Below are positions 16,636 through 24,405 of a DNA stretch of 35,414 nucleotides, piece after piece. The notes beneath the pieces are model-generated. The model did no database searches, was not told the DNA's origin, and saw only the letters and a program-made list of their open reading frames with translations. Each line of letters starts with the position of its first letter. The stretch's first letter is position 1. This DNA is from Actinomycetes bacterium (GTDB lineage Bacteria > Actinomycetota > Thermoleophilia > Solirubrobacterales > Solirubrobacteraceae): assembly GCA_023429855.1 (NCBI GenBank), contig JAEZDB010000098.1, positions 1-35,414 of the forward strand. The letters run 5' to 3'. The position numbers and the translations under genes are program-made.

Positions 16636-16675
16636 CCGGATTACGCCCTCGAGAGGGCGTAATCCGACACTGCTC
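16636..16675. repeat. hairpin (REP/MITE-end-like) element, right copy in inverted orientation
   Basis: Perfect 13-bp stem cggattacgccct (16637-16649) / agggcgtaatccg (16654-16666) with loop cgag, followed by acactgctc. Confidence 0.85.
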
Positions 16676-16769
16676 GCGAGAGACCCCATGCCACCAGCGC
16701 TTCCCGCTTGCAGTTCAAGGCGGTCGCGCGAGCCTGCCCGCTTGGGCTCGGACCAGCCAGCGGCCCTGC

Positions 16770-17345
16770 TCAGCCGGCGAGGTCGCGCGCGACGAGGTCG
16801 AGCTGGTCGTCGCCGAAGTAGGCGACGCCGTCGACGAGCGTCGTCGGGACCCCGCGGACGCCGGCGTCCCAGGCGGCGGCGGTCGCGTCGACCAGGGCCT
16901 GCTTGACCTTCGGGTTCGAGAGCTCTTCGACCACACGCACGGCGTCGAGGCGCGCAGCGGTGGCGACGCGGTCGATCTCGACGAGCTGCGACAGGTCGCG
17001 ACCCTCCTGGAACGCGGCACGGTACGCCGCCTGCGCGAAGGCCTTGCCGCGCCCCCTTCGCGCCGCAACGATCGCCGCGCGCATCACGAACAGGCCGTTG
17101 CCGGGCCACGGATCGGGCCAGACCACCGGAGGCAAGCCGTACTCCGCGGCGCGGCGCTCGACCTCAGCGATGCCTTCGGCCCGCGCCGGCGTCTGCGACC
17201 ACGAGCCGCGGTCGCGCATCCCGAAGATCGCGCCGAGCAGCACAGGCCGGAACTCGACCTCGCGGCCCAGCAGCGCCTCGATGCGCTCGGCAGCGAGGTA
17301 GCCGTACGGCGATCCCAGGTCGTAGTAGAGCGCCACGTCGGTCAT
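16770..17345 (-). CDS. 2-hydroxychromene-2-carboxylate isomerase family / DsbA-like thioredoxin-fold protein
   Basis: The real start is ATG at 17345 (MTDVALYYDLGSPYGYLA...). The SPYG motif sits in place of CxxC, as in the HCCA isomerase family. The upstream part of the 277-aa track ORF is Arg-rich and overlaps the TetR gene. Confidence 0.85.
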   Translation of the reverse strand: MTDVALYYDLGSPYGYLAAERIEALLGREVEFRPVLLGAIFGMRDRGSWSQTPARAEGIAEVERRAAEYGLPPVVWPDPWPGNGLFVMRAAIVAARRGRGKAFAQAAYRAAFQEGRDLSQLVEIDRVATAARLDAVRVVEELSNPKVKQALVDATAAAWDAGVRGVPTTLVDGVAYFGDDQLDLVARDLAG

Positions 17346-17391
17346 CGGCCACCTGCCAGCGCGGCCCGACCTGTGACGTTCGCCTCGTCGA

Positions 17392-18252
17392 TCACGCCTT
17401 GCGCGAACGCGAGGATCGCGACGACGTCTTCGACTTGGCGCGGGTCTTCGTCGGCTTCGCCGGTGCCTCAACCTCGACCTGAGCCTCAGGCTCAGCCTGC
17501 CCGGCCCCGTTCTTCGTCGCCGCCGCCTCCGAGCCAGGGGGCGGAAGATCGTCGCCCGCCGGCGTTCCTGCCATCCCCGGCGGCACAACTGCGCCGGCGA
17601 CACCAGACAGGTCGTCGGTGCGCAGCGCAGACACCAGCACGCGGGCCTGCCCGACCAACAGCTCCGGGGGGAAGCTCTCGGGCTGCGCGATCACGAGGCG
17701 CCCCGCCTCTTCAGCGAGGACCAGGATGATCCGCGCCAGGAGGCGGTGATCGAGCCCGGCGGGCCCGCCGCGCTTCGTGACGCCCCAGGCGATGAGGGGC
17801 GTGATCTGCTCCACCACGGCCTCGCGTCGCTCGACGACCTTGTCGTGCAGCGAGCGCGGCATGCCCTGCGGCGGCGTGAGCACGATCTGCCAGGTGCGCG
17901 GCCGCTCAGCAACCGCCGAGAGGAACGCCGCGATCGCGTTGACGATCACGTCGTCGGGCTCAACCTCGCCAACGGTGACCGGAATCGCCTTGGCGAGCTG
18001 CTGCAAGACCTTGGCCTCTTCACGCTCCACGAGCGCGTGCAGCAGGCCCGGCAGGTCGCCGAACTGGGTGTAGACCACGGGCCGCGTAATGCCGGCGCCC
18101 TTGGCGATCGCGTCGATCGAAAGCGCCTCCGCGCCCTGATCGCACAGGATTTCGAGGGCGACGTCGAGGAGCTGTTCACGCCGCTCGGCCGCCGACATGC
18201 GGGGGCGGCTACGGCTCCGGGACGATCGAGACATTGAAAGAGAGTTTCCCAT
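17392..18252 (-). CDS. TetR/AcrR family transcriptional regulator with a Lys/Ser/Arg/Ala-rich C-terminal tail
   Basis: The HTH region reads RREQLLDVALEILCDQGAEALSIDAIAKGAGITRPVVYTQF. The start is uncertain: ATG at 18252, 18234 or 18198, none with a good SD. Confidence 0.88.
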   Translation of the reverse strand: MGNSLSMSRSSRSRSRPRMSAAERREQLLDVALEILCDQGAEALSIDAIAKGAGITRPVVYTQFGDLPGLLHALVEREEAKVLQQLAKAIPVTVGEVEPDDVIVNAIAAFLSAVAERPRTWQIVLTPPQGMPRSLHDKVVERREAVVEQITPLIAWGVTKRGGPAGLDHRLLARIILVLAEEAGRLVIAQPESFPPELLVGQARVLVSALRTDDLSGVAGAVVPPGMAGTPAGDDLPPPGSEAAATKNGAGQAEPEAQVEVEAPAKPTKTRAKSKTSSRSSRSRKA

Positions 18253-18324
18253 GCAGGGTGGTCATGGCGTCCAGGCAATCTTGCCCAGACCCTTACAGGT
18301 GTGTATGTTACGCGACTGTAACCA

Positions 18325-18344
18325 GCGAATCAGTCCCGATTCGC
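18325..18344. promoter_or_regulatory. candidate operator palindrome in the TetR / membrane-protein divergent region
   Basis: Perfect 7-6-7 inverted repeat gcgaatc-agtccc-gattcgc. It lies in the only AT-richer stretch (18290-18345), which also holds nested repeats TTACAG (18293-18298) / CTGTAA (18316-18321). Confidence 0.3.
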
Positions 18345-18394
18345 CGTCTCTGGCCACATGCACCAGGCCTCGACGACAAGGGAGCTCACCCCCG

Positions 18395-20323
18395 ATGTCA
18401 CTCCTCCTACCTCTCGCCTCCGTGGCCACCGAGAACGCGACGCCAGCAGCCGGCGGCGCGCCGATCGAGCAGCTCGTGATCGCGACGATCTTCGCGGGCA
18501 CCATGACAATCGGCGTCTTGCTGATCGGCTGGCTGCACCGCACCGGCCGCACGCAGCTGCTCACCAAGCTCGGCGACGGCGTCGGCAACCTCGAGGGCCA
18601 GCCCGGCTGGTCGTCGATCCCCGCGGCCATCGGCTGGGGCTCGCTCGCCCTGGCCTTCTTCGGCGTGTACTGGGACATCTCTCTGCACCTCGACAACGGC
18701 CGCGACGAGGGCCCGCTCGCCAACCTCGCGCACTACCCGATCCTCCTCGGCCTGCAGGGGCTCTTCCTCGCCGGCGTGCTCGCGCTCGTGATGCCCAAGA
18801 AGAACGCCTACGTCGGCCCCACGGCCGTGCGGATCGCGCCGGGCTGGCGCGTCCCGGTCGCCTCGCTCACGCTGATGGCCTGCGCCGTGCTCGGCTACAC
18901 CGGCTTCCCGCTCGACGACGTCTGGCACCGCCTCTTCGGCCAGGACGTGACGCTCTGGGGCCCGACGCACCTGATGATGATCAGCGGCGCGGTCCTGTCG
19001 ATCATCGCCCTGGCGATCCTCCAGGCGGAGGGCGAGCGCGCGTTCGGTCCGCCGAAGACGTTCTTCCACCGCTGGCGGCGCCGCAGCCCGCGCATCATGG
19101 TGCCGGGCGCGATGCTCATCGCCCTCTCGCTCTACCTCGGCGAGTGGGACTGGGGCGTCAACCAGTACCTGATGGTCTGGCAGCCGCTGCTCTTGGCCGG
19201 CGGCGCGGGCTTCGCGCTCACGTTCGCCCGCCTGTGGGGGCGTCCAGGCTTCGCCCTCCTGGCCGCGGGCTTCTACGCGATCGCCCGGATCTTCATGAAC
19301 CTCCTGGTCGGCGTCGGCCTCGACCAGTCGATGCCGACCCTGCCGCTGTTCTTCGCCGAAGCGGTCGTCGTCGAGCTGGTCTTTCTCTCCGCGGCGATGC
19401 GCAAGCGCACGCTGGCGCCAGCGCTGCTCATCGGCCTCGGCATCGGCACCGTCGGCTTCGCTGCGCAGTACGCCTGGTCGCAGGAGTTCATGCCCACCCC
19501 GTGGACGACCGAGCTGCTCGGCCAGGGCATCCCGTTCGCGATCATCGGCGGCGCTGCTGGCGCGCTGCTCGGGCTGCTCTTCGCCGTGTCGCTCAGGGGC
19601 GAGCTCGCCGTCGTCACCCACCGCCGCGCCTACGCGCTCACGTCGGCGTTCGCGCTGCTCGCACTGGCGGGCCTCGCCGCCAACCAGGACTACTCCAGCG
19701 GCCCCGTCGTGACGACGACGGTGGTGAAGGACCGGGAGACGCGCGGCACCGTCGGCGCGGGTCCGCAGGACGGCCCGATCCACGAGGCCACGATCACCGT
19801 CGCTTTCCAGAACCCCGCCGACGCCGAGGGCAACCAGTACGTGTCGGCCATCGCCTGGCAAGGCGGGGGCCTCGTCGCCAACGCCATGAAGGAGATCGCG
19901 CCGGGCGTGTACCGCAGCACCGAGCCGATCCCGGTCGGCGGCCCGTGGAAGACGGCCGTGCGCACGCAGCTCGGCCGCCGGCTGCTCGCCGCGCCGGTCT
20001 ACCTCCCAGCTGACCCGGGCATCCCCGTGGGCGCGCTGATCAACCCGGGCACGGAGACGCTGCAGCTCAAGAACGAGCTCGTCTACCTGCAGCGCGAGCG
20101 CAAGCCCGACGTGCCCGCCGCGCTCTGGACACCCGCGATCGTCGGCGTGCTTGGCGTGACGGTGCTCTTCATGTTCGCGCTCGGCTTCTCGGCCGCCCGC
20201 GTGGGCCTGCGCACGAAGCGCGAGACGACCGACGAGGCGACCGCCTCCGACAACCGCACCGCCACGGGCGCGACGGCGGGCACAGCCACGGCGCGCGTCG
20301 CCTACGGCCCGAGCGACCGCTGA
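18395..20323 (+). CDS. large polytopic membrane protein of unknown function
   Basis: ATG at 18395 is preceded by AAGGGAG (18379-18385). The 642-aa protein has about 12 or more hydrophobic segments. A ~150-aa soluble segment (NQDYSSGPVV...) precedes a final TM. I recognise no family. Confidence 0.8.
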   Translation: MSLLLPLASVATENATPAAGGAPIEQLVIATIFAGTMTIGVLLIGWLHRTGRTQLLTKLGDGVGNLEGQPGWSSIPAAIGWGSLALAFFGVYWDISLHLDNGRDEGPLANLAHYPILLGLQGLFLAGVLALVMPKKNAYVGPTAVRIAPGWRVPVASLTLMACAVLGYTGFPLDDVWHRLFGQDVTLWGPTHLMMISGAVLSIIALAILQAEGERAFGPPKTFFHRWRRRSPRIMVPGAMLIALSLYLGEWDWGVNQYLMVWQPLLLAGGAGFALTFARLWGRPGFALLAAGFYAIARIFMNLLVGVGLDQSMPTLPLFFAEAVVVELVFLSAAMRKRTLAPALLIGLGIGTVGFAAQYAWSQEFMPTPWTTELLGQGIPFAIIGGAAGALLGLLFAVSLRGELAVVTHRRAYALTSAFALLALAGLAANQDYSSGPVVTTTVVKDRETRGTVGAGPQDGPIHEATITVAFQNPADAEGNQYVSAIAWQGGGLVANAMKEIAPGVYRSTEPIPVGGPWKTAVRTQLGRRLLAAPVYLPADPGIPVGALINPGTETLQLKNELVYLQRERKPDVPAALWTPAIVGVLGVTVLFMFALGFSAARVGLRTKRETTDEATASDNRTATGATAGTATARVAYGPSDR

Positions 20324-20370
20324 CGCACGCGACGCGAGCAGGGGCGGGCCGCGTAGGGTCCTCCCCTGCC

Positions 20371-21015
20371 GTGCCCTCCCCTCGCTTCGCCTCGCTCACC
20401 GCCCGCTTCGCCACCGCGGCCTGCGCCGCTGCGCTGCTCGGTGCCGGCTTGACCGGGTGCGGCGACGACCGCGCGATCCCCGACGACTCGCCGGCGACCT
20501 CTCCAGACCCGGCCGAGCAGAACGCGTACCGCCTCACCGTGCGCTCCAGCCGCGGCGCGACCGACGCGATCCGCGCGTCGCTCTGCGGCGACCCGTCGAG
20601 CCAGCTCGTCGAGCTGCCGTGCGGCGTGTCGCTCGGCTTCGCACGCGTATCGGCACCGCGGCTGTACGTCGGCCGCACCTACGAGCGGGTGTTTCTCGAG
20701 CTCGAGCGCCCGGCCTCCGCGATCTTCACGTCGCTCGGCAAGGGCGACGGCGACCGCTCGCTCACCCGCAACGCGGCGATGACGAAGCTCGACGGCACCG
20801 GCCGGCGGTTCTCGATCGGCTACGGCCCGCGCACGTCGGATCTGCCGACCGTCGCCACGCCGACGTACCTGTCGGTCCTGGTGATCTTCGACGGCGACAT
20901 GCCGGTGCCAACGCCAGCCGCCTCGGGCGTCCCGAAGGACGCGGTCGTGCGGAACGCGGCCGTCGAGTACCTCGTGCAGCTCGCGACGCGCACCAAGGCC
21001 GACGACGAGAGCTGA
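20371..21015 (+). CDS. hypothetical lipoprotein
   Basis: 214 aa with a GTG start 47 nt after the membrane-protein gene. The signal peptide has lipobox LTG/CGDD. GC3 is high. Confidence 0.75.
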   Translation: MPSPRFASLTARFATAACAAALLGAGLTGCGDDRAIPDDSPATSPDPAEQNAYRLTVRSSRGATDAIRASLCGDPSSQLVELPCGVSLGFARVSAPRLYVGRTYERVFLELERPASAIFTSLGKGDGDRSLTRNAAMTKLDGTGRRFSIGYGPRTSDLPTVATPTYLSVLVIFDGDMPVPTPAASGVPKDAVVRNAAVEYLVQLATRTKADDES

Positions 21016-21045
21016 GCGCCTGCCGCAGCCGACGCGGGCGGGCGC

Positions 21046-21537
21046 CTACGGCTCGTAGGTCTCCACGCGCACGGCCTTGCCGCGCGGCCCGGTGAACTCG
21101 ATGCCGATACCCGGCGTGTTGTTGCCGTTGGACCACACGAGGTAGGTGCCCTTCGCCGCCTCAGCGGTCTTTGGGTACTCCTTCACGGTCGTCCACTCGC
21201 CGAGCTGCTCCATGACCTGCGCGCGCGTCATGCCCAAGAACTCAACGCAGCGCAGCTGGCGGCGGATCTCCGCGTCGCGGTCCGACGACGACACGGCGCT
21301 CGCCGGCTTGGCCCAGAACGCCGTCATCTCGGCGTTGCTCGGGCAGCTGCCGATGTAGCCGGCGCCGCTGAGCAGCAGGTACGGAACCGCGAGCAGCACG
21401 AGAAACAGCGGAAGGAAGATCGCGCGGGTGATCCAGCGGCGCGTGTTGCGGCGCGTGTCTCCCATGATCTCGGCCCATTCGTCGCGCTGGGCTTTTGACG
21501 GACGACTGAGACTCATTCGGTGGTGCACCCCTCGCAC
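21046..21537 (-). CDS. membrane-anchored hypothetical protein with BamE/SmpA-like (GMTRAQVMEQLG) ectodomain motif
   Basis: The track ORF is 163 aa. The start is more likely ATG 21516 (MSLSRPSK...). It has a single TM segment (AIFLPLFLVLLAVPYLLL). Confidence 0.7.
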   Translation of the reverse strand: MRGVHHRMSLSRPSKAQRDEWAEIMGDTRRNTRRWITRAIFLPLFLVLLAVPYLLLSGAGYIGSCPSNAEMTAFWAKPASAVSSSDRDAEIRRQLRCVEFLGMTRAQVMEQLGEWTTVKEYPKTAEAAKGTYLVWSNGNNTPGIGIEFTGPRGKAVRVETYEP

Positions 21538-21738
21538 ATGGTTCGAACCGTGTCAGATTGCGCGCGCCGACGCTGCGAGCCGTCCTGCGGCCTGGATCCC
21601 GTGAGAACGCGAACGGTCGTCGACTCTCGGCACCCCGCCCGGGGGACACGGGCCTTTCGGAGGCGCAGCTCGAACCGGGGCCAAAGCCGGGCAACGGCAA
21701 CGCTCGCAGCCACGGCCGCGCAGCGCTACCCTGCGTGC

Positions 21739-22077
21739 ATGGCCGACTCCTCGACGATCGGCGCCGTCCTCAAGGCGTTCCAGATTGCGCTCAACGCGCA
21801 CGACCGCGAGAACCCGACGCACACCGCGCATGGGATCGGCATGGCCCATTTCGACATGGAGCGCCTGGGTTTTGAGGAGGGCGAAGAGATCCTCCCCGGC
21901 ATCACGATGAGCGCCGACGGCGGCACCTCGGGCAACTTCCGCGTCCTCTGCGACGGCCAGCACGACAACGAGGAAGAGGCCGAAGCGGTTGAGACCGTCG
22001 AAGCCGTCAGCCGCGACATGGTGCCCGTCACCGTCGGCGGGCAGGACCGCCGCGAGCGCGAGTTCGAGCAGAACTGA
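21739..22077 (+). CDS. small acidic hypothetical protein
   Basis: An internal ATG at 21739 gives 112 aa (MADSSTIGAVLKAFQ...). GC3 is very high from there on, whereas the upstream part of the track ORF is Arg-rich. There is no obvious SD and no recognisable family. Confidence 0.7.
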   Translation: MADSSTIGAVLKAFQIALNAHDRENPTHTAHGIGMAHFDMERLGFEEGEEILPGITMSADGGTSGNFRVLCDGQHDNEEEAEAVETVEAVSRDMVPVTVGGQDRREREFEQN

Positions 22078-22136
22078 CCTGCGCCCTTCGCGCCCGGCGG
22101 CTCAAGTGCCCGGGGCGCCTTGCCGAGAACCGGAAC

Positions 22137-22403
22137 GTGGAAGTCAAGCGAGAACGCGTCGAGCTGCTGACGCAGCATCATCGGATCACCGGCGTCGTCA
22201 CCCTCGCCCGTGACGGCTACCGCAGCCGTGTGTCGGACCTGCTCAACGCCTCCGACAAAGACTTCGTCGCCCTGGGCCAGGTGCGGGTCGAGCCGCTCGA
22301 CCCCAACCAGGAGCCCGAGGAGCACCCGTTCCTCGCCGTCCACCGGCGCCACATCGTGTACGCGGTCTCGCATGGCGAAGTGCCCGAGGGCCAACGCCGC
22401 TAG
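22137..22403 (+). CDS. small hypothetical protein
   Basis: 88 aa with a GTG start and high GC3 (MEVKRERVELLTQHHRITGVVTLARDGYRSRVSDLLN...). I cannot name the family. Confidence 0.7.
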   Translation: MEVKRERVELLTQHHRITGVVTLARDGYRSRVSDLLNASDKDFVALGQVRVEPLDPNQEPEEHPFLAVHRRHIVYAVSHGEVPEGQRR

Positions 22404-22464
22404 CTCCCTGCGCCGCGCCGGTATCGGCGCGCGTCCTCTCCCCTACTCGATAGGTTTCGTCCCG

Positions 22465-24141
22465 ATGCGCTGGGCACCGAACACGCTGGTGCCGAGCACC
22501 TTCTCGCGACCTCGCGCCACAGCGGCGATCGCGGTCAGCGCGGCCCTCTTCGCCGTCGCTCCGGCTTGCGCCGCTGCCGGTCCGCTCGTCAGCCCAGGCG
22601 CCTCGACGGGCGCGCGCGTGCTCTCGGAGCACGACCTCCCCACGACGCTGCCGTCCTCGTCGGCGAAGGCCGCACGCGCCAGCTCCGGCGCGCCCCACGG
22701 CCGCTGGCTGATCTCCGCAACGGGCGACCGCACTCGCCTGGCCAGGATCGCCGCCGACGCCGGTGGCACCTACAACGCGACGCTCTCGATCCTCAGCGTG
22801 CCGTCGTCCAAGGCCGACGCGATCGCGAGGTCGCTCGGCGGCGCCGTGCAGTGGGCCGGCCCCGACGTTCCCGCGGTGCGCTCCTCCAGCTACGACCAGC
22901 CCGGCAACCTGCAGTCGCCGTGGTCGCGCTCCGTCGCACTCGCCCCTTCACTCACTCCCGCGGCGGGCACGCTCGCGCGCATCGGCATCGTCGACGACGC
23001 CGTCGACCGCAGCGTCGCCGAGCTTGCCGCCGCCGACGTGATCAACGGCGTCGGCGCCGTCGAGCCGCACGGCACGATGGTCGCCTCCACGGCTGCGGCG
23101 CCCTACGACGGCGTCGGTGTCGTCGGCGTCGCCCCGGGCGCGCCGATCCTCTCGTGGGGCACCACGCTGCTCTGCAGCGACGTCGCCACCGGCATCCTCA
23201 AGCTCGTGCAGCGCGGCGCGCAGGTGATCAACCTGTCGCTCGGGTTCACCGAGAACTGCGGTGCCCTCCTCGCAGCCGTCCAGTACACCTACGCCAAGCG
23301 CGTAACGATGGTGGTTGCCAGCGGCAACGACGGCGACAACGGCAACCCGCTGTCGTTCCCGGCGTCGTACCCGCACGTGATCACGGCCGGCGCGATCGAC
23401 CCGTCGCTCGCGGTTGCGCCGTTCTCCAACTTCAACGAGTACGTCGACGTGGCCGCGCCCGGCGTCGGCGTGCCGGTCGACATCCCGCTGCGGTGGGACA
23501 CCGACGACGGCAAAGCCGACGGGCAGACCACCGTCGACGGCACGAGCTTCGCCTCGCCGTTCGTCGCGGGCGGGGTGTCGTGGATCCTCGGGGCGCGCCC
23601 CGGCCTCGACCCGAGCCAGGTCGCGGCGGTGCTGCGGAGCAGCTCGCGCGCCCTCGACGCCCCCGGTTTGGATGAGCGCTCGGGCTACGGCCTGCTGCAG
23701 ATCGCGCCCGCGATGGCGGCGCCTGCACCCGCGCCCGACGCGCTCGAGCCCAATGACTTCCCGGCCTACGCCGCTGCCAAGGGCACGTTCCGCAAGAAGA
23801 ACATCTGGTCGGGCGGCAAAGCCTCCACTCTCACCGCCACGGCCGACAGCGCCGACGACTACGTCGACGCCTACCGCGTCAAGGTCCCGGCGCGCACGAC
23901 CGTGAAGGTCACCCTGAAGCCCGAGTCGGGCCTCGTGAACCTGTTCGGCTTCGACCAGTCCGTGCGCTCGTTCAACGGCCGCCCGATCGACTCGTCGACG
24001 AAGCCCGGCCTGAAGACCGACACCATCCGGCTGCGCAACTCCGGCAGCAAGAGCCGCATCGCGTTCGTCGTGGTCAACGCGATCGAGAGCGGCGGCACGC
24101 GCACGCTCGCGCGTTACTCGCTCACCGCCAAGCGCGGCTGA
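22465..24141 (+). CDS. secreted S8 family (subtilisin-like) serine peptidase with C-terminal pre-peptidase-like beta domain
   Basis: ATG at 22465 gives a signal peptide (…AVSAALFAVAPACAAAG). The catalytic triad contexts are IGIVDDAVD, HGTMVAS and GTSFASPFVAG. The C-terminal region DDYVDAYRVKVPARTTVKVTLKP is typical of PPC-type domains. Confidence 0.92.
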   Translation: MRWAPNTLVPSTFSRPRATAAIAVSAALFAVAPACAAAGPLVSPGASTGARVLSEHDLPTTLPSSSAKAARASSGAPHGRWLISATGDRTRLARIAADAGGTYNATLSILSVPSSKADAIARSLGGAVQWAGPDVPAVRSSSYDQPGNLQSPWSRSVALAPSLTPAAGTLARIGIVDDAVDRSVAELAAADVINGVGAVEPHGTMVASTAAAPYDGVGVVGVAPGAPILSWGTTLLCSDVATGILKLVQRGAQVINLSLGFTENCGALLAAVQYTYAKRVTMVVASGNDGDNGNPLSFPASYPHVITAGAIDPSLAVAPFSNFNEYVDVAAPGVGVPVDIPLRWDTDDGKADGQTTVDGTSFASPFVAGGVSWILGARPGLDPSQVAAVLRSSSRALDAPGLDERSGYGLLQIAPAMAAPAPAPDALEPNDFPAYAAAKGTFRKKNIWSGGKASTLTATADSADDYVDAYRVKVPARTTVKVTLKPESGLVNLFGFDQSVRSFNGRPIDSSTKPGLKTDTIRLRNSGSKSRIAFVVVNAIESGGTRTLARYSLTAKRG

Positions 24142-24302
24142 GCCTCGCCTCTGCCCGCCGGCGGGCGCGGCCAGGGCCGATCTGAGCCGCCGACGGCGGC
24201 CGCTGCACGCCACGCGCCTCCGCAGCTCAGGTTCGGCGGCCGATTTGCCGATCACGTTGACGTGCGGACTTACCGCGCCCGCGATCTGGGCAAACCCGCT
24301 GG

Positions 24303-24347
24303 ATTTGTCCAACGGGCTTTACAAATGACCGCACCGTGTCTTACACT
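24303..24347 (+). promoter_or_regulatory. candidate alkB promoter plus operator-like inverted repeat
   Basis: An AT-richer island. It holds the inverted repeat ATTTGT (24303-24308) / ACAAAT (24321-24326). It also holds TTACAA (24319-24324), a 17-nt spacer, then TACACT (24342-24347), about 60 nt upstream of the alkB ATG. A GGGAG SD sits at 24396-24400. Confidence 0.3.
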
Positions 24348-24405
24348 CGTGAAACTTAGCGGGCTACGGAGCCTGCCTCCCCCTTCTCAGACCTCGGGAG
24401 ACTGA

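Noticed and set aside
18358-20013. 551-aa plus-strand and 484-aa minus-strand ORFs over the large membrane-protein gene.
   Set aside because: They are out of frame or antisense to the hydrophobic, SD-preceded 18395-20323 frame, and both are Arg-rich.
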